Shown here: piece after piece, positions 53,517 through 60,400 of the stretch | How the letters are laid out: every line of letters starts with the position of its first letter | How positions within the stretch are numbered: position 1 is the first letter of the stretch | NCBI GenBank assembly: GCA_973851085.1 | Contig: OZ316775.1 | Span: 23,126,001 to 23,186,400, forward strand | Direction of reading: 5' to 3' | From: Ptychomitrium polyphyllum | Taxonomy: Eukaryota | DNA: 60,400 nt | Position numbers and translations under genes: made by a program | The notes under the pieces: model-generated | Seen by the model: the letters and a program-made list of their open reading frames with translations, nothing else | Database searches by the model: none | Told to the model about the DNA's origin: nothing

Positions 53517-55070
53517 ATGGACGCTGTTGCGAATGTCAGCGGGCGTCCCGGGCGTCAGCCCGGGTTGGGGACCGGATCCACCACCGCCGACCCACTCCAT
53601 ACAGATATCGACTCCGCGTGCTTCATGATGGATCTCCGTGATCTACACGGCCTGGTCGGAGAGATCGTGCGTCCAGCCAACCGCAGAATCCGCGTGAAGG
53701 ATTCCGAATTCTACAGGGAGTGGTTGCACGTCATATCCGACCCGATCGTCGTGAAGGTGGATGCAGGGCTCTCGGATGCGGAGAGGGAGGACCAGAAGCG
53801 TTCCATCTGCCAGGAGTTGCGAAGGGGCCATGGGCTGGCGCTGACTCTCAGCAACCACGACATGGTCCTCGCCAGGAGCCAGGTGAACGTCCCCCTCCGA
53901 GCGATGGTGGAAGCGCTCCGGGCGTGCGGCCATGTGGAATGCCGGGTGGGGTTCTATGGCATGAAGTGGGCCTACCAGAAAGCCCAGCCTAGAATCGACC
54001 GCTTCGTGCAGTACCACACGGCCCTCCGCGGGAGAGTAGCTGTGGGGAGGAGGAACCAATTCGACATCGGGACGCTGCTGCCTGCAGCGACGATAGATGT
54101 CCTCTGCTTCGGCGAGGGTCAGTTCGGTCCCGTTCGAAGATTCAGGCAGGGCAAAATACACGAGATGTTCGACATTCCCAACCACGGCTCCCTGGAGTTC
54201 TACCTATCGGGCCACGAAGGGATCGGGAAGGTCAAAATCTACCACGAGCCGTGCCATGATGTCCTGTCCGCCATACCGAGGCACAGCCTGGACGACATGC
54301 CCAAGACGATCCGCACCATGCGCATCCGGGCGGAGCAGATGGAGAAACTATTACGAGCATGGGAAGGGTACGACGGTGCGACGTTGAGGGAACGCCTGCT
54401 GGGCACCAGGATCGAAGTGTCCATCGCACGTGCCCACACAGTCGCGGAGGCCCACCGTATGTGTTCGGACCTGGGGCTGCTGCAATTGCAGGGCATCGAG
54501 AGATTGCTGGGGGGGCCGTTCCGCACCCAAAGCATTTCCGCCCACGAAGTCCTGCACAACCTCAGATCGAAGGTCCGGATACTGCAAGGCCTGGTACTGG
54601 GCGGGAACGATTGCACGCCGAGCATCGCGATGCGGTCCGCCCTCACGAGGGCTCGCCAGGCAGTCGGATGGAGCGGCAAACACATGCGGCGTCACCTCAA
54701 GGACGCTCGGAATTGGGGGGGGGCTGTGGTGGATCAGCAGGTACGGAAAGAGCGTCCGTTGTTCCACTACGACGGTTGGGAGCTGGATGATGCGCACAAC
54801 CGGCCCGTGATCCAGGACTTCCTGGACAACGCGTCCTGGCAGAATCACAGTCGGGCGAGGGAGAGGGACCCCCATCCCACCATGCTGCAGAAGGTGAGAG
54901 GAGGCGGGTACTGGAAAATGGAAGGGGTGTACGTGGATCGGGTCACCGGCGCCCGCCACTTCATCAACAAATACGGCAGGAATTGGAGGAGACATGTGAA
55001 GGCCAAGCCAGAGGGTTTAGGGTCGGACAATGAAACATTCCGTTGTCCAGTGGACTCATTCGAGACGTAG
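53517..55070 (+). CDS. Intronless 517-aa protein of unknown family (possible nuclease or replication initiator)
   Basis: Long intact ORF with globular composition. The two substitutions noticed against copy 1 are both synonymous. Motifs DIDS, FYGMK, FDIG, KIYH and GTRIEV. Confidence 0.85.
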   Translation: MDAVANVSGRPGRQPGLGTGSTTADPLHTDIDSACFMMDLRDLHGLVGEIVRPANRRIRVKDSEFYREWLHVISDPIVVKVDAGLSDAEREDQKRSICQELRRGHGLALTLSNHDMVLARSQVNVPLRAMVEALRACGHVECRVGFYGMKWAYQKAQPRIDRFVQYHTALRGRVAVGRRNQFDIGTLLPAATIDVLCFGEGQFGPVRRFRQGKIHEMFDIPNHGSLEFYLSGHEGIGKVKIYHEPCHDVLSAIPRHSLDDMPKTIRTMRIRAEQMEKLLRAWEGYDGATLRERLLGTRIEVSIARAHTVAEAHRMCSDLGLLQLQGIERLLGGPFRTQSISAHEVLHNLRSKVRILQGLVLGGNDCTPSIAMRSALTRARQAVGWSGKHMRRHLKDARNWGGAVVDQQVRKERPLFHYDGWELDDAHNRPVIQDFLDNASWQNHSRARERDPHPTMLQKVRGGGYWKMEGVYVDRVTGARHFINKYGRNWRRHVKAKPEGLGSDNETFRCPVDSFET

Positions 55071-56432
55071 CGAAACCGGGCCGCATCTGGTCGTGCAGTG
55101 ATCACGTGCATCGGATACTGATGTCCAAATTGCCCCGGGATACTCGGCGTCTGTCGCCGGTGTCCACCTCCGACCACCGTCCGCGTGGTCCCTCAACATG
55201 CGGATCTCCAAAGTTCCGTCGTTGCAAGATGCCGACGTCTCGTCCAGTAGCTAACCCAGCGTAGGGGGGTGCGGGACCCGGAGATGCCGGTTGCTCCAAA
55301 AAGAACCCAGCGCTCGTCGGCTGGCATTACAGTCCGCCGCAGGTTCAGGCAGAGCGACAAGTTCACCTGCGTCTTTTACGCACAGCTTCAGTTCACCGGC
55401 AGTTCTAGGCAGAGCTTCAGTTCACAGCCGGTGCAGCGGCAGTGTCGACGGCCCTCTGTTCCCAACAATGATTCACCAGATGAACTCGGCTCTCTTCCAA
55501 GAGGGTCGAATGTCATTCCCCAGTCAGCCCAAGGAGGCCATAGAGGAGACAGCTGCTGACCGTCGAACGATGATATGTATCGAGGTCTTTCATGCAGTGC
55601 ATTGATGTCCCCAATAAGCTTCGGAGGTGCATCCGGGATTGGCCCCGGTGGAACCGGTATCTCGGTACCGGGTCCGAATTGGGTCGCTTGGACGGACCGG
55701 CTATCCAGTACTGGGGTACGGGTTCCGGAGCCGGTACTCGGTCATGCTCGCCCTGACCCGCAACTCCGAAATCGCAAGATACTGGGAGGACTCTGAGGAT
55801 TGGGAGGAAGTTGGAATGGAACGTAGGTAACCCTGTTTTGATTTCTAGTTTTCCATCCGTCTTCGGGCTCAGGGAATCAGGGGTTTAGGGTACTGGGCTT
55901 CGGGTTTAGGGTACTGGGTTTCTAGGGTTTAGGGTTTCGGAATGGGTCGCCAGGACGGACCGGCCATCCAGTATAGTACCGGGGTTTAGGGGTTGAGGAC
56001 CCGATACTGGTCGGCGCCCTCCTTGAGCCGGTCGTCGTATCCTCGCACTTATATGTCAAATGTGTGTTTGAATGTCCACCTTCCCGTCCCATTTTGTGTA
56101 TCAAGTACGTTCATGGAATATATATCAGATTTTGGATTCGCTTTCGAATTTTTCTTCAGGTGATGGTCCGATGTTCACACTGTCGGAGGTTGAGGGTGGT
56201 TTGGCTCCTTCTCATCCGGTTGTGGCGATTGAAGAATGCAGTTGAGTCAGACCTACATAATCCGCCGGTCTCATGTTCTGTGGATTATATGAACGCCACA
56301 GCTATGAGGCCTTCCGTGCAGTGACGAGAAACTTATACTCAACCATTCACTGTTTCGATTCATAACGCCAAAAACTCCGAGGCTATACAAAAACATCGGA
56401 ATACCTGAACGTGGGCTCGTGGGTTGACGGCA

Positions 56433-56645
56433 TAGTCCGCCGCAGGATTGGGCAGAGTGACCAATTCACCTTCAATTTGTAGGCACAGCTTCACTTCACC
56501 TGCAATTTTTAGGCACAGCTTCACTTCACCTGCAATTTTTAGGCACAGCTTCACTTCACCTGCAAATTTTAGGCACAGCTTCAGTTCACCGGTAGTTTCT
56601 AGGCAGAGCCTCAGTTCACAGCCGGTGCAGCGGCAGTTTGGACGG
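56433..56645. repeat. 30-bp tandem repeat (AGGCACAGCTTCACTTCACCTGCAATTTTT-type) of the intergenic module
   Basis: About 6 units here; diverged versions at 52133-52205, 52770-52850 and 55331-55455. Confidence 0.85.
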
Positions 56646-57297
56646 CTTTTTCTTCTCTTACCGTTCATATCGCAGAGTGATTTTCCTTTTACTTTCCTAC
56701 GCTCCTCCCTGAATAGAGTCACCACACTTGTAGGCGCTATTATATACCATGTGCTCAGTTTATATTGTGGATATGTTTTCAATTCATTTTTGGTGCGGCA
56801 CGTGCTGGTGGGTCCTCTGCCACTGCCGTCCGGGCACATAGTTGATGGTAATGTACCCCTCCATCCGCACGACCCATGGTTTTGATGGAAGTCTCGTGGC
56901 TTTCGCATTCATGGGGATTTCCGTGGTCCGATCGTAGTGTCCAGACCCGATCCTAGAGGTCTCCGACTTGTGCGAGTTTCCGCAGGTCCAGGGGATTTCG
57001 CGGTTCCGATCGTGACTGCAAGTTTTGAGTGTGTTCCCAATCGATGTCCTCTATGTATTCAGTATATTCCCTGTTCACCTCCCACGGACGGCATCTTCTC
57101 GGTCGTACCCATTCCTCCTGTAAGGTATCTGCTCATTCCGAAATAAACCCCCCCCCCCCCCATTACTGCGGCCTGTTTTGATTTTATTTTGATCCGGTCC
57201 GGCAGATCTTGGTGTGAACCACGCCGATCTCTTGACCCGTGACTTTGCAAGCATTCCCTGATCTCCGGGATCCGCTGCAAGGAGGTCGCAATTGCGG

Positions 57298-58480
57298 ATG
57301 GCGCCCATCGAGTGCAGGCAGGATTCCTGGCTCTGGTCGCGAGAGTTGTGGGTTTGGGAATTCATGTTAAAGTGCACGGATGGAGTTCTAGTGCTGGAGG
57401 AGTTCCGGAAGGAAGTGCCCTTTCCAGAAGGAGTTCCCCGACTGACTCAGATGTCCATAATCAGAGATGTCACCGGTCTACTGTCGACTCCTCCGCTCGA
57501 AAGGCACAGCATCAAGCAAGTCAAGCGACTCCTGCGAACCCTCACATATACGATGCTCGTCGGCAAGGATGAGGTGAAGCTGAAGGATACGGTGGTCGGG
57601 GGGCGCCTGAGACATGCCCTACAACCGGAGGACTTCCTCGATCCCATCCGGGAGCTGAAAAACGAGCTCAGAGGGTGGATTCCAGGCGCACAGGACAATC
57701 CCAGACAATACGAGGCCATCCGGGACAAGCTCTCCATACTGGCACAGAGAGCTTGGGCTTCGTTCGGATCCTTGGCGCTCGACGCACCCATACAAACCGC
57801 CGTTGTTGGGAGGCGCCCCCCGGAAGTCCAGCCGCCAGGAGCAGCTCCAGGAGATGGGCCTCCCCTTGCAGGAGCCAGCGGCATCTGCGAAGCTACCAGG
57901 TTGAATGACCTGGAGAACCATTTCAACAGAAGATGCTCCCAACTGGAGCAGCTCATCGCGGAGCAAGCCGACCAGCATCAGCAAGATATCCGAGCTCTAG
58001 GGGCTGCGGGGTTCGCAGTCGGCTCGAGGCAGACCTCCACCGACCAGGAACTGTCGGATCCAGGATCTCCCCCTCCGTTAGTGGGCCCACACCGTGCCGT
58101 GTTCGGCCCCCCCGTGTGCCTGCCTGAAGATGGGCCGAGCCGGGAGGCACACCAGCAGAACGGGAAGCGACTTCTCGAGGAGGACGACCTGCAGCCCAAA
58201 AGCGGCCGAGCGAAGCCTCGAACCCACCAGCGATGAATCCGCCGACCATTTCGTGGCGCCCCCAGCATCCGGTTCGACACAGGGAAGGCAGAGAAGGAAG
58301 TGGACGGACCGGGAGGTAGAGGTACTGAGGGCCGGCGTCAGAAAATACGGTATTGGAAAATGGAAGCAGATCTTGACCAGGTTTCAAGACGAACTACCCG
58401 GCCGCACCAATGTGGATATCAAGGATAAGTACATGGCTCTCATAGGCGTCAAGAAGAAGTACATTAAGAAGGAGGCTTAG
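57298..58480 (+). CDS. Protein with a helical N-terminal region, coiled coil and C-terminal telobox-type Myb domain, split across two frames
   Basis: ORF 57298-58236 overlaps ORF 58094-58480 in the +1 frame. The latter contains RRKWTDREVEVLRAGVRKYGIGKWKQILTRFQDELPGRTNVDIKDKY, matching TRF/TRB-type Myb domains. Likely 5'UTR intron at 57125-57205. Confidence 0.8.
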
Positions 58481-59254
58481 ATTGTAGAGAGTGTGTCGCC
58501 GGAGGGTTCACACCCGCTGTCGTGCTCCCCGTCGGAGACTCGTATGTGGCCACCGGCCCCATTTTGGAATAAGGAAGACGGCGTCCATTACTCGCCGTCT
58601 CTGTATGGGGCCCGAGCGACCAGGTTCGGGCACTCCCACGCGGAACACGACCGGTCTCGAAAGTCGGACGGGATCGGTATCGGTGCAGCCGGAATCGGTC
58701 GCCGCGGAACCCATGTCCCGGTACGGGGTCCGAATTGGGTAGCCAGGACGGAACAGCCACCCGGTACCGGGCTACGGTTCACGGGTTCAGGGTCTACGGC
58801 TCCGGGTTTAGGGTCCGGTATTTCGGTCCAGCGTTCGAATTGGGTCGCCTAGACGGACCAGTCATCCAGTACCGCGGTACGGGAGCCGGGTTCGGGGTAT
58901 CGGGTTCATGGTATCGGGTTCAGGGTATTGGGTTCGAAGTTTCGGTACTGGGTTCGAATCGGGTCGCCCGGACTGGCCAGCCATCCAGTACAGTGCCGGG
59001 GTAGGGGTTCGGGGCCCGATACTGGCCATTTTGTATGTGAAATACGTTCATGAAGTATACATGAGATTTTGGATTCGCTTCTAAATTTTCCTTCGGGTGA
59101 TGATCTGATGTCCGTACCGTCGACCAGGTTTTAGGGTGGTTCGGCTTCTTTGCACCCAACTGTGACGACATCAGAATGTTGTTGAATTAGACTCACATAA
59201 TCCGTCGGCCTCACTGGCTACTGTCGACATTACGTTCCAATGTATACTGTTATC

Positions 59255-59553
59255 TTTATTGTGTATACTCATGCTTCCGGAGAAGGTGTAAGTACGATAC
59301 TGTCACAATCGATGATGAAGGTCATGATCGACTGATGTATTATGCAAGTCGGCAATTGACATCAACCGAAGGGAGTGACACAGTTATGTAGAGAGAAGAA
59401 TCGGCAATTATTTTTGCCTCGGGGAAACCCCTTCATCATATATTCGGAAACAAGACCAGTATCAAGATAAATCACCAAGCACTAGGCTATCGTATCAATA
59501 AATGCAATATTGTAAGCCGAACTGCTCGGTGGATAATACTAGTGCATGTTTTC
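59255..59553 (+). pseudogene. Degenerate Ty3/gypsy-type RNase H fragment
   Basis: Manual translation: FIVYTHASGEGVSTILSQ / (frameshift) DDEGHDRLMYYASRQLTSTEGSDTVM*REESAIIFASGKPLHHIFGNKTSIKINHQALGYRINKCNIVSRTARWIIL. Confidence 0.8.
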
Positions 59554-59680
59554 AGGAGGAGTTATCTCTCTGACTGTGCTTAGAGTGCTGACATTACCTT
59601 CCATCGTCGTACTTGTTGCAACATAAGAAATCAGTGTTCAAGTGGACCAGGGGTTGTAGTAATAGAGTTCATCACTGTCA

Positions 59681-60055
59681 GTGAGGAAAACAAGGGGAAA
59701 CGAGATTCATTTCATCATCACTGGGCACTGGGATTCGGAACGCCGTGTGCCAAGGCGCCCACATTGTGCTCCAGGGTGGTTTGGGGTCATACGACAATGC
59801 AGTGAGAAAGTCAACATGTGTGACGGCACATGCGGCCATGCAGTGGGGGGGGGGGGGAGTCACTTGTGTGACCGGGTTCTCCCACGGTGTAGGAGCTCCG
59901 AACGGGAGTTCGGAATGGTATGGCTTTCGTTCACCGGGCTCAACATGCCCGAGTTGTGGACGGATGAAGTTAAGGCCCGTCATACTTCATCCTCTCGTGA
60001 CGGCCTCATGCGGTATCGGATGAAGACGCGCGAGGCCTTTTCCGAAAGAGCATGA
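59681..60055 (+). other. Possible small ORF or exon of a third element gene
   Basis: Open frame in GC-rich sequence spanning a G homopolymer; no recognisable motif. Confidence 0.25.
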
Positions 60056-60367
60056 AGAATGCAAGTTGATGGTCCATTTCGGGGACCGGGTCTGAGCGAC
60101 CACGAAAACATCAGAACTGTCGAGTGTAAGAACTGTCGAGTGACCAGGTTTAACTGGGTGCCGAAATTCGCCCACAACAGGCACGAAATTCCGAAATTCC
60201 GGGCGCATGCACGTAGGCGCATGCTGACGGACGTGACGGACATGTCGGGTAGAGGGGAAAGCCAGGCCGGATGACATGGCACTGGAGGCGCGGAGAACTG
60301 AGCACAGGACTGAAGATACCGCCATGTGTCAAACCCGGATTGGAACGCCGCAGACGACACCCGCATC

Positions 60368-60400
60368 TAGGATTTAGGGTTTTAGGGTTTAGGGTTAGGG
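60368..60400 (+). repeat. Telomeric tract 3 running to the window end (probable chromosome terminus)
   Basis: TAGGA TTTAGGG TTTTAGGG TTTAGGG TTAGGG. Confidence 0.9.

Larger units (their letters stand above)
50228..60367. mobile_element. Telomere-embedded GC-rich modular element, copy 2 (10.1 kb, possibly also truncated)
   Basis: Same start (GGGTTA|CAAGAGCG) as copy 1. Two + strand genes preceded by homologous spacers, and capped by telomeric repeats. Confidence 0.85.

Noticed and set aside
56130..56185. Minus-strand CTGAAGA...CGAAA hammerhead-like core
   Set aside because: No valid stem III or cleavage triplet, and the core is not conserved in the homologous module near 59090.
46894..56645. 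CRISPR-like arrays (50-bp and 30-bp repeats)
   Set aside because: The units are contiguous with no unique spacers, there are no cas genes, and the context is eukaryotic.
56360..56908. Minus-strand ORF with 10-aa repeats (GEVKLCLKIA)
   Set aside because: A by-product of the 30-bp tandem repeat; the frame is not preserved through the homologous modules.
46636..60367. Classification as a non-LTR or Penelope retrotransposon
   Set aside because: No RT (YxDD) or endonuclease motifs and no poly(A) tail were found in the visible part. The mechanism is left open because distal sequence may be missing.

Overview
Land-plant nuclear DNA, probably a moss such as Physcomitrium (inferred from gene and transposon style), running into what looks like a chromosome end. 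Bases 1-46.5 kb are ordinary: an 8-exon SYP4-type syntaxin gene, two related chromodomain Ty3/gypsy LTR retrotransposons with apparent self-priming sites, long AT-rich decayed DNA, an acylphosphatase-like gene lacking both catalytic residues, and an unidentified spliced gene. From 46548 the structure is (TTTAGGG)~12, a 3.45-kb GC-rich element copy, (TTTAGGG)~19, a 10.1-kb copy of the same element, then telomeric repeats to the window end. Both copies start at the same telomere junction, and copy 1 is cut inside a gene and capped by telomeric repeats. The long copy encodes an unknown 517-aa protein and a telobox-type (TRF/TRB-like) Myb protein. Each gene sits behind a homologous spacer/promoter module, and internal degenerate telomeric tracts and a captured gypsy RNase H relic are also present. 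No reverse transcriptase or transposase is visible. The best candidate for a novel system is this telomere-resident modular element carrying its own putative telomere-binding protein.
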